The notes beneath the pieces were generated by a model. It was not told the origin of the DNA, did no database searches, and was given only the letters and a program-made list of their open reading frames with translations. Of a stretch of 64,000 bases of DNA, positions 22,122-32,476 are shown piece by piece (within the stretch, counting starts at the first letter, position 1; each line of letters opens with the position of its first letter). A program made the translations under genes and the position numbers. The stretch lies in assembly GCA_963830915.1 (NCBI GenBank), contig CAWHOE010000006.1, positions 96,001-160,000 on the forward strand. Reading direction: 5' to 3'. This stretch comes from a candidate division FCPU426 bacterium (lineage in GTDB: Bacteria; Oederibacteriota; Muellerivitia; Muellerivitales; Muellerivitaceae).

Positions 22122-22182
22122 AAATTTTCTTTGCCTTACATCTGTGGTTACAAACAAATTTTTAAAATCAGTGGCAAAGACT

Positions 22183-22725
22183 TTATTCTTTTGTTGCGCC
22201 GTTTGGATTGAGGGAATCCATATTCGGCCCCATTAAGGTCGCGTTGGTGGAAACCTGGCTGGCGATGGTGATATGGAGCGGCGCGCCGCTCTGGCAGAGG
22301 TGGAAGATGGCCACCCTGGGCTCAAGTCGATTGCCCACTCCCAATACCGCCTGTTCCCCTTCCCGGTCCAGTTGGAAGGTCTTGGTGAAAACGCATTCTG
22401 GCAAGGGCGCCCAAGGAGGATCGTTCGGCCCCACTTCCGCCTGAAGGGTGGCGTGCTCATTGTCCTTCCGGTTTGCGGCTGTCAGATAGATCTTCCAGTA
22501 CCAGTTCTGGGGCACCTTCATCTGGAAATACCGGCACTCGTTGGCGGCCATCACCAGGTTGTAGGTCTTGAAAGGATCCAATACCGCCGGGTTATCCTGT
22601 GTGCCGGTCAAGCCATCCCGCAATTTGATATCAGGGACATTCTCCAGGCCCATGTCCCTGGCGACCTCGCCGCATGAAACCAAACCCATGCTCAGTATTA
22701 GAAGGAATAAAAATTGCAGTCTCAT
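22183..22725 (-). CDS. Hypothetical lipoprotein
   Basis: Lipobox LVS-C after a hydrophobic N-terminus. Confidence 0.7.
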   Translation of the reverse strand: MRLQFLFLLILSMGLVSCGEVARDMGLENVPDIKLRDGLTGTQDNPAVLDPFKTYNLVMAANECRYFQMKVPQNWYWKIYLTAANRKDNEHATLQAEVGPNDPPWAPLPECVFTKTFQLDREGEQAVLGVGNRLEPRVAIFHLCQSGAPLHITIASQVSTNATLMGPNMDSLNPNGATKE

Positions 22726-22809
22726 AAAAACACCTCTAAAAATAACCTTTTTTTGTTTTCAATTAAAAAGTCTTTCTTGGTGCCCTTGGTGGTAAAAATT
22801 ATGTTTTGC

Positions 22810-24891
22810 CTAAAGTTTTTTCAACTCCGCCTTCGGAAAATAATGAAGCACGATCTCATCGGCGGTCTTGCCCGCCTTGGCCAATCCATAGGCTCCCACC
22901 TGGCACATCCCCACTCCGTGGCCCCAACCGCCGCCATACACGATGAACTCCTCGGGCCAGCCCTTCAGATCATATTGGGGTTCGATCCATATCAGGTTAC
23001 TCCGGATACCGCCCAGGAAACTACGGATGAGATCGCCTTTTAATTCCTTGCTTCCCCGTTCGCCTTCCACTATTAGACGATCAGCCCACCCCGCCGTGGA
23101 CCGGTGAAGGACCCTCATTCTGCGGATTTTTCCGATATTGCCGGCCTTTTTTTCGATATCCTCGGCCAGGATCAGCCTGGCCCATCGGAAATTCTGGTAT
23201 CCCCGCAACTCGAAAACCCTGCAATAGGATTCCCGGTCTTCCTTGACCCATTTCTCCATTTTGTAAGGAGAAAGGGGGAAGTCCATGTCCGTATTATAAC
23301 GCTCGTCGTAATCCTTGACCCCCACGACCGGCGCGGCGTATCCCCAGGCTTCCTGATAATCCTGGGTATGGCCCCCGCATTGGGCGGAGAAGGCCACCGG
23401 CATGACCATCGATCCATGCTTGAGGATGATCCCAGCCGTCTCATTGACCGCCTGGTTGGTGCGATCCGTCTCCGCCCTCAGGCCCCGATAGACCTCGCAA
23501 TGCACGCTGTCGCAGACATCGAAACCCTCCGCGTTATGACGGCCTAGCTTGGACAACACATAGGTCCTCGCCACGATGGCCTGGGCCTTCAAGGCCTCCG
23601 CCGGCCAGCTGGAAAGCATTTCGGAGGGGAGAACCCCCGCGGTGTAGGCCTCCAACGAGACCAGGTTGATGGCGTTGAACCCCGCCCCGGAACGGGGGCT
23701 GAACTCCAGTTCGCCCCTGTAACACCGGTCCTCTTCCTTGGCGAAAAAGTAGCCCGTATTCGAGGGAACGGCGTGGACCAACAGAGGCTTCAGGGGGTCC
23801 AGGGGCCTGACCCGGATACGCTGGTCGAAGGTCAATATCTTTTGGTTGCGCCCGTCCTTCAAGGCCCATATCTCCTTGTGTTTGGGCGAGAACTTCGCCG
23901 GGATGGAGATGACCTGATAATCCTGTCCGCCTTGAAGGATGGTCAGGGGCGTTTGGGCCGCGGTCATCACCTCCATGGCGCTGGTCCCGCGGAACAACAA
24001 ATGGGCCAGCCCGGTGAAAATACCCACTCGGATGGTGACACTGGAGGGCGCGATGGATGTCTCGGCCGGGGGGACCCACTTGGCCCATTGCCTCAGCCTT
24101 TCGTCTTTCCGCTTTTGCGCCTCTTCCGGCGCTTTTTGCGCGACTTGGCCGGCTTCTTTGCGGATGTTCGGATCATCCGGCTCGATGGCGATGGCCTGCT
24201 CGTACTTGGCCAGGGATTGGCGGTATTCCTTTTTCTGCGCCAGGAGCTTGGCGATGTAGCGGTAGGCTTTCTTGTAGCTCGCGTCCAGCTTGACCGCCTT
24301 GACATAGGAAGCCAGGGCCCGGTCCGTATCGCCCAATCGTCGTGAGACCTCTCCCAACTGCCAGAATCCCAGGGCGAAGTCGGACCGGCGGTCCGTCAGG
24401 CTGATGAAAAATTTCTGGGCATCCTTCAGGGCGTCCTGCGGGGTGGCCTGGGTGCGGACCGTCTTCCATTGGGATTGGATCAATCTTAAACGGCCCAGAC
24501 CCCAGAGAATATCCGGGTCGTCCGGATGGGCATGAAAAAGTTGGGTGAGGCTTCCCTCGGCGTCGGTGAAATTTCCCATCTGCTCCAGGGCGATTCCCAG
24601 GGACACTCTCGTTTTCCAATCGTCCTTTTTGGAAAGATAAGCCTGATAGGCCGCCACCGCTCCCGTGTAATCCCCTTCGCTCTTGCGCAGGTCCGCCAAT
24701 TCCAGCCAGAGATCGATCTCGGACGGATTCATTTCCAGTTCCTGGGTCAGAGCTTCCTGGATCTCATCGGTTTTTCCCTCAGCGAACCATTGGCCGATCT
24801 TTTCCTGGAGGGTCGTCGTTCTGCCCAGCGAAGCGGACAGAAGGATTAAAGGAATAAATAATAGATTGAGCAGTCTCTTTTTCAAACCCAT
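22810..24891 (-). CDS. TPR-containing SpoIID/LytB-domain peptidoglycan lytic transglycosylase
   Basis: N-terminal TPRs; EAYTAGVLPSEM...EALKAQAIVARTY, DVCDSVHCEVYRG, GWGHGVGMCQVGA...IVLHYFP. Confidence 0.93.
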   Translation of the reverse strand: MGLKKRLLNLLFIPLILLSASLGRTTTLQEKIGQWFAEGKTDEIQEALTQELEMNPSEIDLWLELADLRKSEGDYTGAVAAYQAYLSKKDDWKTRVSLGIALEQMGNFTDAEGSLTQLFHAHPDDPDILWGLGRLRLIQSQWKTVRTQATPQDALKDAQKFFISLTDRRSDFALGFWQLGEVSRRLGDTDRALASYVKAVKLDASYKKAYRYIAKLLAQKKEYRQSLAKYEQAIAIEPDDPNIRKEAGQVAQKAPEEAQKRKDERLRQWAKWVPPAETSIAPSSVTIRVGIFTGLAHLLFRGTSAMEVMTAAQTPLTILQGGQDYQVISIPAKFSPKHKEIWALKDGRNQKILTFDQRIRVRPLDPLKPLLVHAVPSNTGYFFAKEEDRCYRGELEFSPRSGAGFNAINLVSLEAYTAGVLPSEMLSSWPAEALKAQAIVARTYVLSKLGRHNAEGFDVCDSVHCEVYRGLRAETDRTNQAVNETAGIILKHGSMVMPVAFSAQCGGHTQDYQEAWGYAAPVVGVKDYDERYNTDMDFPLSPYKMEKWVKEDRESYCRVFELRGYQNFRWARLILAEDIEKKAGNIGKIRRMRVLHRSTAGWADRLIVEGERGSKELKGDLIRSFLGGIRSNLIWIEPQYDLKGWPEEFIVYGGGWGHGVGMCQVGAYGLAKAGKTADEIVLHYFPKAELKKL

Positions 24892-25008
24892 TGACCTTTG
24901 ATAAGGATGGCTTACCGTCGACAGATAATTTTAGGGGACTTCCCGGATGGAGGGAAAATAAAAAGCCCCCTATCGCTCGCGCGCTAGAGGGCTGGGCAGG
25001 GGTGTCGT

Positions 25009-25508
25009 TTATTTCTTGGCCAGTTCCAAGCGTTTGGGGGCCAACACCGACTCGTCCCGGGAATACCAATAACCGGTATTGTCGATGACCTCCAGATTGG
25101 GGACATACCTTTTCTTCAAGTAATCCAGCAATTTGACCAGGGTGATATGGGTCGCCGGTTCGCTGTTCTTCAAGGTCGTGCTGGTATGGACCTGATGCAG
25201 GAGTTGTCTGGGAACGGAAGGCACTCCGCGGACCGCGATGGTTTCGGTGTCTTCTCATAATAGATATGGGAGAGATAACCATCTTTATCGAAGGTCAATT
25301 GAAGGGGAGTGATGTTCTTGCTCAGGGTGATCCGAATGCCTTTCAGGTGCAAACGAACACCCGGCATCTCGCCTTCCTGGGTGAAGACGTTGTCCACCAT
25401 CTCATGGGTCCAGCCGCTGACAAAGGCGATCTCCCGGAATTCTTCCTGGATATCCCGGATGGCATCCTGGCTTTTGATCTTCCCGAAATAATGGATCGTG
25501 CTAGCCAT
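25009..25508 (-). pseudogene. Hypothetical protein split by a 1-nt deletion near 25254 (pseudogene or sequencing error)
   Basis: MASTIHYFG...LTFDKDGYLSHIYY joins EDTETIAVRGVP...HITLVKLLDYLKKRYVPNLEVIDNTGYW if one G is restored (TAT GA[G] GAA GAC). Confidence 0.7.
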
Positions 25509-25539
25509 TCCCCCTCCTTCCCCAACGGATTGAACCAAC

Positions 25540-25891
25540 CTACCTGGTCACGAAAATGGGCATTTCCAATTGGCCGTTCTTGGCGACCACCGGCTCTACC
25601 TCGCCGGGTAATTCTCTAAAAACCTTTTTAAGATTCTTGCCGGCCTTGAACGAAACCTTCTTGTAGGATGGAAGGTCGATGGAAAGGTTCCTGCTCATGT
25701 CCCGGCCCTTTTTGCCTGAAACCATCTTGGTTTGCAATACTCCCAGGTCGCGGATTCTCGATCCGTTGACCTTGGACCAGCCCCTCTTCTAAGGTCGAAA
25801 CGATCTTAGAAACAATGACTTTAGCGTCTGGAAGGGCAAGTTTTGTGGCCTTCGCAACTTCGCGTACTATATCTTGTAGGACTACCTTCAT
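25540..25891 (-). pseudogene. HU/IHF family DNA-binding protein with a 1-nt insertion near 25755
   Basis: MKVVLQDIVREVAKAT...GQRIE + IRDLGVLQTK...GRDMSRNLSIDLPSYKKVSFKAGKNLK; the DNA reads ATC GAG A ATC CGC. Confidence 0.85.
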
Positions 25892-25963
25892 AAGTTGATT
25901 ATATGAGCCACTTTTCAACAAAGTCAATGTTTTACAAGGATATTTAACGGATTTAACAAATAC

Positions 25964-28444
25964 TCACAGTTCAAAAGTTTTCCATTTCCCTTCTGTGAAA
26001 GTTTTATACCTGACCCCTCTTTTCGTCCCGATTTCCAACTCGATCGCTCCCTCTTGAGCCGTGGATAGGATTTCCGCTTGAGGCACCTGGGTTTTATAGA
26101 TTCCATGGTCCTCTGGATGATCCATCCAATCGCTCAAGACCACCATCTGTGGTTTGAACCCGCCAGCGCAAAGATCTTGGGCCCCGCTTTCCCTTCCATG
26201 GTGCGGAGCCAGCAGACAATCCACCTTGGGAAAGGGCCGGTGTTTTTTCAAGAGCTCCTTTACACCTTCCCGTTCCAGGTCCCCCGGCAGGAGCATGGAA
26301 AACTTCTTTTCGCCAACCGGAAAGGATAGCCAGCAGACCATGGAACGGTTGTTGTCCGGGTGGATCTTGGGATGAAAGGAACCCGCCGGATGGAGGACAA
26401 AAAGACTTAATGGTTCCCAGTCATCGGGACGATCGCCGGCTTGGAGTTGTTTCAAGGGGATTTTTTTCTCCTCGAGTAGTTCCTTGAACCTTTCATAGAT
26501 GCGGGAATCGGAAATGGCTCCCTCGCCCTCAAAAGCTTCCCGGACCGGATAAGCCGAGACCAGATTCACCAACCCGCCAACATGATCCTCATCCGGATGG
26601 CTGTTGAAGATAGCGTCCACCCGACGGATGCCCAAGTGCCGAAGGTAGGCCACCAGGATGTTGTATCGGTCCAAGCCGTGGTTCTCTTTGCCTCCATCAA
26701 AGACCAGGACCTTGCCATCCGGCGTGCGGGCAACCATCGCGTTGCCATGTCCGACTGAAAGAATGGTCACCCGCAAAGGCTGGACCCCGGCCCAGGCCTG
26801 GATCCATCCGGCGATGGACAGGACAAGGAAAAATCCCCAGGCGAATCGGCTTGTCCTTCGGCATCCCTTCATGAATCTCTCCCGGTTCAACCATCTTTCG
26901 GATGGTTTTCCCGGTTCGGGCGAGGGCCAATAGGCCCAGAAGGAAAATAGGAGCAGCGCATGGAAAGCCAACACCCAAGACTCGGGCGGGGATCCCACGA
27001 TGAAATTGGCCCCGGGCAATCCGGCCAACTTGTCGGAAAGCTGGCTGAGCAGTCTTAAGGGCACATCACAACCAGCCGCGAAAACGTCCCCCAGGAAGGG
27101 GTTCATATAGGAACCGGCGACGGCGACCAAACCCGCCGCCACGGAAAAGAGGGCCAGAGGAACGATCAACAGGTTGGCCAACAGTGAATAGGGCGAGAGC
27201 TGGTTGAAGCTGTGGATCAGCAGGCACCAGACGCTCAACTGGGCGGCCGCGGTGGTGGCCAGCAATAACGCCGCGGGTTTCCAGAGGCGTTCCAGTTTTT
27301 CCAGGAATCTCCCGGCAAGGACCATCAAACCAGCCGTAGCCAGGAAAGATATCTGGAAGGAAAGGTCTTCCAGGACGAAGGGGTCCACCATCACCAACAA
27401 AGCGGCGGTGGCCAAGAGCAGGGTCCCGCCGTGGACCTTTCTTTCGACCAGGACAGCCAAAAGCGCCAGGGCGGAAAAAAGCCCGGCCCGGCAGACCGGG
27501 GGATGGGCCCCCGTCATGAAGACGAAGAAACCAAGCCCCGCCAGGGTCAGCATGGCCGCGGCCTTGCGCGGCATTTGGACCGCTCGAAAGAAAAGAAAGA
27601 GGATGCCCGCGATGAAAGCCGTGATCATGCCGGAGACGGCCAGGATATGGACCGTACCTGTTTCCATGAAGGATTCCACCAGTTCCCCCGGCAAGGGACC
27701 CCGGACCCCCAGAAGGATGCCGTCCAGCAGGGCGTTCTGGGGGAAAGCCAGCAGGCGATAGATACTGTCCTCCACGCCCCGTTTCAATCCGTAGGACCAC
27801 CGCCGAAAGGCCCAGCCCTTGACAGGTGCCTGGTCCAGTTTCTTCCATCTACCTGGTTGAAGGTACATCACGGCGGGGATCCCTTTGGTTTTCAGGTAAT
27901 GGGCGTAATCGAATTGACCTGGATTCATGGCCCCAGGGGGAGCGAGGATCTTTCCCTCCACCTCGACGGTGTCTCCATAGGAAAGGATGGGCGTTGCCGA
28001 TTCAGGCGACAAGCGGAAGGAACATCGGACCTTAATCGGCCCATTCTCCTTAGGGTCATCCATCACGCAAACGGCGCGCACTTCCCGGACGAACGGCTGG
28101 TAAAAACCTCCCGATCTTCCGGTGGTATGACCGCCAGGGAAACGTTCGAAAAGCACTTCCGGGTCTTCCCCGATCCAAAGATGGAATTGACCTGTGACAG
28201 GCCGGTTGAAACGGGCTTTTTGTTCTTCGAAGGAATTTTGGGTCCATTGCGCCCGGAAGTAACCCAAGATCAAGGCCAAGCAAAAAAGAAGGACCGGTCG
28301 GAGAAGATAAGGGTAACTTCCCCTCATAAGGAAGGCGGCCAAGAGAACCAGGGACACTAGGAAAGATAGGAAAAGGGGCTGCGTCAAAAGCCCCCCCAGG
28401 GTCCCGGCCAGGAATCCCACACAGACCGTGATGAACATCGTCAT
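25964..28444 (-). CDS. comEC: DNA internalization competence protein ComEC/Rec2
   Basis: NPGQFDY, GTVHILAVSG, SFQISFLAT; beta-lactamase-like domain SHPDEDHVGG and APHHG. Confidence 0.95.
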   Translation of the reverse strand: MTMFITVCVGFLAGTLGGLLTQPLFLSFLVSLVLLAAFLMRGSYPYLLRPVLLFCLALILGYFRAQWTQNSFEEQKARFNRPVTGQFHLWIGEDPEVLFERFPGGHTTGRSGGFYQPFVREVRAVCVMDDPKENGPIKVRCSFRLSPESATPILSYGDTVEVEGKILAPPGAMNPGQFDYAHYLKTKGIPAVMYLQPGRWKKLDQAPVKGWAFRRWSYGLKRGVEDSIYRLLAFPQNALLDGILLGVRGPLPGELVESFMETGTVHILAVSGMITAFIAGILFLFFRAVQMPRKAAAMLTLAGLGFFVFMTGAHPPVCRAGLFSALALLAVLVERKVHGGTLLLATAALLVMVDPFVLEDLSFQISFLATAGLMVLAGRFLEKLERLWKPAALLLATTAAAQLSVWCLLIHSFNQLSPYSLLANLLIVPLALFSVAAGLVAVAGSYMNPFLGDVFAAGCDVPLRLLSQLSDKLAGLPGANFIVGSPPESWVLAFHALLLFSFWAYWPSPEPGKPSERWLNRERFMKGCRRTSRFAWGFFLVLSIAGWIQAWAGVQPLRVTILSVGHGNAMVARTPDGKVLVFDGGKENHGLDRYNILVAYLRHLGIRRVDAIFNSHPDEDHVGGLVNLVSAYPVREAFEGEGAISDSRIYERFKELLEEKKIPLKQLQAGDRPDDWEPLSLFVLHPAGSFHPKIHPDNNRSMVCWLSFPVGEKKFSMLLPGDLEREGVKELLKKHRPFPKVDCLLAPHHGRESGAQDLCAGGFKPQMVVLSDWMDHPEDHGIYKTQVPQAEILSTAQEGAIELEIGTKRGVRYKTFTEGKWKTFEL

Positions 28445-28460
28445 GGGGTTCGGCCGTCCT

Positions 28461-28937
28461 TCATCTCAAAAGTTCGGGCACCTGGTTCTTGAAGGTCAGG
28501 AGTCCGAAACCCGAGACATCGAGGGATCTCATGTCCCTGGCTGGCACCACTTCCACCTTGAGATAGTAATCTCCCTTGGGGTGTTTGGCGGTGAAGGCCT
28601 GGTACCAGAAGACCCTCTTGGGCCTGACGATCTGGCCGTCGGTGCGGGTTCCTCCCTGGATGATCTTGTAATTGAATAATTGGGGCTTGCCGTATTCAGT
28701 GTAAATTTTCTGGATGACCTTCTCGACGTCAGGAGTTCCGTTCACCATCAGGCCGAAACCCGCGTCCAGCCTGACATAAAGGTCTTTCGCGTTATCCTTC
28801 AGCAGGTCCTGGGCCACCGCGTCCGCGATCTCTCTGGCCTTGTTGGGATCGATATCCACGCTTTGGGGCGGGGTCGTGTCCCAACAGGAAGATAGAAGGG
28901 CCGCCAGAATGACAGCCGCGAGGAATCGGAAGTTCAT
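28461..28937 (-). CDS. Hypothetical lipoprotein
   Basis: Lipobox LSS-C; operon-like spacing with its neighbours. Confidence 0.75.
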   Translation of the reverse strand: MNFRFLAAVILAALLSSCWDTTPPQSVDIDPNKAREIADAVAQDLLKDNAKDLYVRLDAGFGLMVNGTPDVEKVIQKIYTEYGKPQLFNYKIIQGGTRTDGQIVRPKRVFWYQAFTAKHPKGDYYLKVEVVPARDMRSLDVSGFGLLTFKNQVPELLR

Positions 28938-28959
28938 GGGTGTACTCCTTAACTTTCGT

Positions 28960-30300
28960 TCAATTCAAATAGGAGAGCGGAAGGGTGATCTCCTTGGCGA
29001 TCCGGTCCCTCGTCGAGTAGGTGGCCATGATCCTGAGTACCAGGTCGTAATCGGCCTTAGCGACCGTAGGGTCGGGGTCCCACTCCAGGGTTTGGGGTCC
29101 GATCTCCATGTCCTGAGCGTTCACCAGACTTTTCACCACATCGCCCTTCTTGGTCCTCACCTCGGCTGTCACGTAAGCCCGCTCGGTCAGGGAAAAGGTG
29201 ATCTTGAACCCGGCCTGGATCCTTTCGGTGTGGAGGTTCACCGCGTCCGCCCCGTTCCAAAAATACTGGACCGTGTTCTTTTCCGCCACGATGACCTGGC
29301 CGAACTGATGGTTGAAGGCGATGCCCCTGGGCTCGTTGAATTGGAAATCATCGTCCCCAAAGCTCCCGAAAGTGGCGATATACCGCAAGTCCTTGTCGAA
29401 CTTGCGCAGGCAGGATTTCAAGTTGTCCGTAACCACCACGTTCCCGTAATAATCGAAGGCGCACCCCCAGAGCTTGACCGGCTGGTCGGGCATGTCCTCG
29501 GCCCGAATGACGGAAAGGGGATCCCCCTCCAGAGTGAAAGTTTGGAGTCGAGTCCCTTGTCGGTCGATGACCGCCAGGCGGTCGGCGTATTTGCCCTGCT
29601 TGTAAAAGGTCCAGACCTCGTTGGTGTCGATGACCGCCACCGCGCTCGGGGCGGTCAACTCCGGGGTCTTCAACACGTGGCATCGTCCCTTCCCGTCCAT
29701 CACCTGGATGCGGTTATTCCCCGTGTCGGCGATGTACAAACGGTTGGACGAGTCATAGGCCACCCCCATGGGGGCGATGAATTGTCCTGGTTTGGAACCC
29801 ATTTTCCCCACCGTCTTTACCCAGGTCAGCCTCATACCGTCGTGTTTGAGCAAGGCGATCCGGTTGTTGCCCGTGTCGGCCACCGCCACTTCCCCATCGG
29901 GATTAATGGCCGCGCCGGTCGGAGCCATGAATTGTTTGGGGCCCTTGCCTGGGGACCCGAACCGGTCCAATTCCTTCAGGCCCACATTGTAGACGATCTC
30001 ACCCGCCCCCGAGTTCACACCGATGCAGGTGATGACCACGTCGTTCTGGGGCGCCTTGGGGTCGTGGTCGGTTTTCAGAAGGGCGCAGGCCACGCCTTTC
30101 GGGTCGTCGAAGGAACAGCCCGGGACCATCAGGGACAACATGGTCTGGGTCCCCCGATGGATGTTGAAGGGAAGGAATCCGTCGGTCGGATAGACATAGG
30201 TGGAAGGGACATCCTTGAGGACTTCCAAGCTCACCGCGAAAGCCAACCCGGCCAACGATAATAGGAACGCGATCAAAAAATAACGAATGTTCTTTTTCAT
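28960..30300 (-). CDS. Secreted NHL-repeat beta-propeller protein with FlgD-like C-terminal Ig domain
   Basis: Repeated F..P.G.A...VADTGNNRI motifs; C-terminal ITFSLTERAYVTAEV...LEWD. Confidence 0.88.
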   Translation of the reverse strand: MKKNIRYFLIAFLLSLAGLAFAVSLEVLKDVPSTYVYPTDGFLPFNIHRGTQTMLSLMVPGCSFDDPKGVACALLKTDHDPKAPQNDVVITCIGVNSGAGEIVYNVGLKELDRFGSPGKGPKQFMAPTGAAINPDGEVAVADTGNNRIALLKHDGMRLTWVKTVGKMGSKPGQFIAPMGVAYDSSNRLYIADTGNNRIQVMDGKGRCHVLKTPELTAPSAVAVIDTNEVWTFYKQGKYADRLAVIDRQGTRLQTFTLEGDPLSVIRAEDMPDQPVKLWGCAFDYYGNVVVTDNLKSCLRKFDKDLRYIATFGSFGDDDFQFNEPRGIAFNHQFGQVIVAEKNTVQYFWNGADAVNLHTERIQAGFKITFSLTERAYVTAEVRTKKGDVVKSLVNAQDMEIGPQTLEWDPDPTVAKADYDLVLRIMATYSTRDRIAKEITLPLSYLN

Positions 30301-30331
30301 TCCAACCCCCAGATTGGTAAAAACTTCAGTC

Positions 30332-32476
30332 TTATGGTTTCAGCTTTTTCTTAACGACCTGGATCTCTTGCTCGTTATGGGAAAGGAACTTCCCTTTCCT
30401 GTCCCAGATGCGGATCTGGATCTCATAGGTTCCTGGGACGGCCTTTTCCGGTATGACGAATCCCTTGATGTGGGCGAACCTTTCCTTGGTATCGAACGGC
30501 CTGGCCACGCAATCGGCCTCCACATCGCACTTCCGGACTTCCCGGAATAGGGTCTTGCCCTTCGGGTTCACCACCCTGGCCTCCACTTTCAAACCCTTGA
30601 AGCCGTGCGGAAAATCATTGACCAGGATGAGCCCTTTGAGGAACGAGTCCCCCCAATTCAGGATATCGCCCGGGTTGTATTGGGTCACATAGGTCTTCCA
30701 GAGTGGCAGCAGCGGTTGGGAAGCGGTCTGGAGGGCCTGATAACCCAGCTTGGGTTTTCGGAAATAATCCACCACACTCCAGGTGATGGAAGGCCAGCAG
30801 TCCACGAACATGAAATGGAAATAACCGTTCATGGGTTTGTACTTCCGGCCCCGGATGCTTTGGATATATTCCTTCACCAGCCAGGCCTGGTATTTCTGGC
30901 TGTTATGGGAGAACTCCCCGATGGACTTGCCCATGTCGATCTTTGCCACGTTGAAGGTCTGGTGGAATTGGAAATCCCGAAAGGCCCATTCCTTCCAATC
31001 GGGCGGCCAGAGCTGTTTGGGCGTGAACATTTTCTTGAGGGTGGAGACTTCCGGCAGGGCCTGGGCCCCGAACTCGGAATAAAAACGCGCGTCCGGCCCG
31101 ATACCGCCCGGCGCGTCCTTCAAAGCCGAGTCGTCCCAATACCAGCCCGGATAAGGGTGGTAATGGAAGTCGCTGGCCGCGTCCACGTGCCGGCTGTCGT
31201 CCTCTTCCCGGACCGCCCGTTCCAGGACCGGGTCCAGTTCCTGGCGGTTGATGGAAGGCTCATTGTGGCAGCACCAGACGAAGATGGAAGGGTGGTTGTA
31301 GAACTGCCGCACCATATCCTTGATCTGACGGCAGGCGTTGCGGGTGAAGGCGTCGGTGGACTGGTAGCTCCACTGCAGGGCGAAATCCTGCCAGACGAAA
31401 ATGCCCGCCTCATCGCAAGCCACGTAGAATTCCTCGCGGTTAACATGGGCGTGCACCCTCACCCCGTTCAGGTTGGCGTCCAGCATCAGGCGGACGTCCT
31501 TGCGGGCCATCTCCCGGCCGTATTCGGAAAGATACTGGGTGGGGATGATGTTGGTGGCCCGGGGGAAGAATTTCCGGCCGTTCAAAAGGAACTCCCATTG
31601 GGGCGTGACCTTGATCTCCCGGATGCCGAAGCGCGTCTCCCCCTTCTCCACGACCTGGCGGTTGGAGGATCGGCGGATGGTCACGAAGGCCCGGTACAGG
31701 TTCGGCTCGCCCTGGTCCCAGGTCCACCAGAGCTTGGGTTTCTCGATGGTCTGGCTGATGTGGGCCTCGGTCTGGCCCCTTTGCAAATGGATGTTCTTTT
31801 GGGTGAAGTGGCTGGAGGAAAACCCGTCGCCCTTCAGGTCTACCCGGATATCGTACTCGTCGGCCTCGGCCACGTTGAGTAATACCAGCTTGTAGTTCAC
31901 TACCGCCTGGCCGCTGGGCAAAAGCACGGAGGAGACCTGGATCCTTTTCAGGTAGATCCGGTCCACGACCACCAGCTCCACGCCGTTCCAGAGCCCGCCG
32001 GTGTTATGGTCCTGGCCCCGGTTCTCGTCCCAGCTTCCCGGCCTGGCGTCGTGATGGTTGAAGATACCTTTGATCAGATGCTTGTCATGGGGCCAAACCT
32101 TCCGGTTCTCCTTGGGGGATTCCACCCAAACCTTGAGATGGTTCTCACCTTGAAGGGCGGAGGCCGCCATGAACTCGAAGGTCTGGAAATAGCCCTCGTG
32201 CATCCCCAGCACATGGCCGTTCAACTCGGCCTTAAGGAAATAATCCGCTCCTTTGAAACGCAGGAAGGCCGTCTGGCCTTTCTGAAGGGTCGGCGCCAGG
32301 AAATCCCGTTCATAAAGGGCTTTGCCCGCGAAATCCTCGCCTTGCAGGTACCAGTTGGAAGGCACCTCAATGGTACGGGTCTTGGCATTCCTTACGGGGA
32401 TGGAGCTTTTGTCCAGGGTCGAGAGGGTCTGACGGGTGAACTTCCATTTGCCGTCCAGGGAGAGGGATTGGGTCAC
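30332..32476 (-). CDS. Glycoside hydrolase family 2 (beta-mannosidase/beta-galactosidase-like)
   Basis: FKGADY, LWWTWDQGEPNLY, RFGIRE, ANLNGVRVH, HPSIFVWCCHNEP, SEFGAQA. Confidence 0.92.
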   Translation of the reverse strand: MTQSLSLDGKWKFTRQTLSTLDKSSIPVRNAKTRTIEVPSNWYLQGEDFAGKALYERDFLAPTLQKGQTAFLRFKGADYFLKAELNGHVLGMHEGYFQTFEFMAASALQGENHLKVWVESPKENRKVWPHDKHLIKGIFNHHDARPGSWDENRGQDHNTGGLWNGVELVVVDRIYLKRIQVSSVLLPSGQAVVNYKLVLLNVAEADEYDIRVDLKGDGFSSSHFTQKNIHLQRGQTEAHISQTIEKPKLWWTWDQGEPNLYRAFVTIRRSSNRQVVEKGETRFGIREIKVTPQWEFLLNGRKFFPRATNIIPTQYLSEYGREMARKDVRLMLDANLNGVRVHAHVNREEFYVACDEAGIFVWQDFALQWSYQSTDAFTRNACRQIKDMVRQFYNHPSIFVWCCHNEPSINRQELDPVLERAVREEDDSRHVDAASDFHYHPYPGWYWDDSALKDAPGGIGPDARFYSEFGAQALPEVSTLKKMFTPKQLWPPDWKEWAFRDFQFHQTFNVAKIDMGKSIGEFSHNSQKYQAWLVKEYIQSIRGRKYKPMNGYFHFMFVDCWPSITWSVVDYFRKPKLGYQALQTASQPLLPLWKTYVTQYNPGDILNWGDSFLKGLILVNDFPHGFKGLKVEARVVNPKGKTLFREVRKCDVEADCVARPFDTKERFAHIKGFVIPEKAVPGTYEIQIRIWDRKGKFLSHNEQEIQVVKKKLKP

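Noticed and set aside
28840..31882. Long antisense ORFs (e.g. 28840-30261, 30605-31882; also 2717-3802, 16722-17720)
   Set aside because: Shadow frames opposite well-supported genes in high-GC DNA
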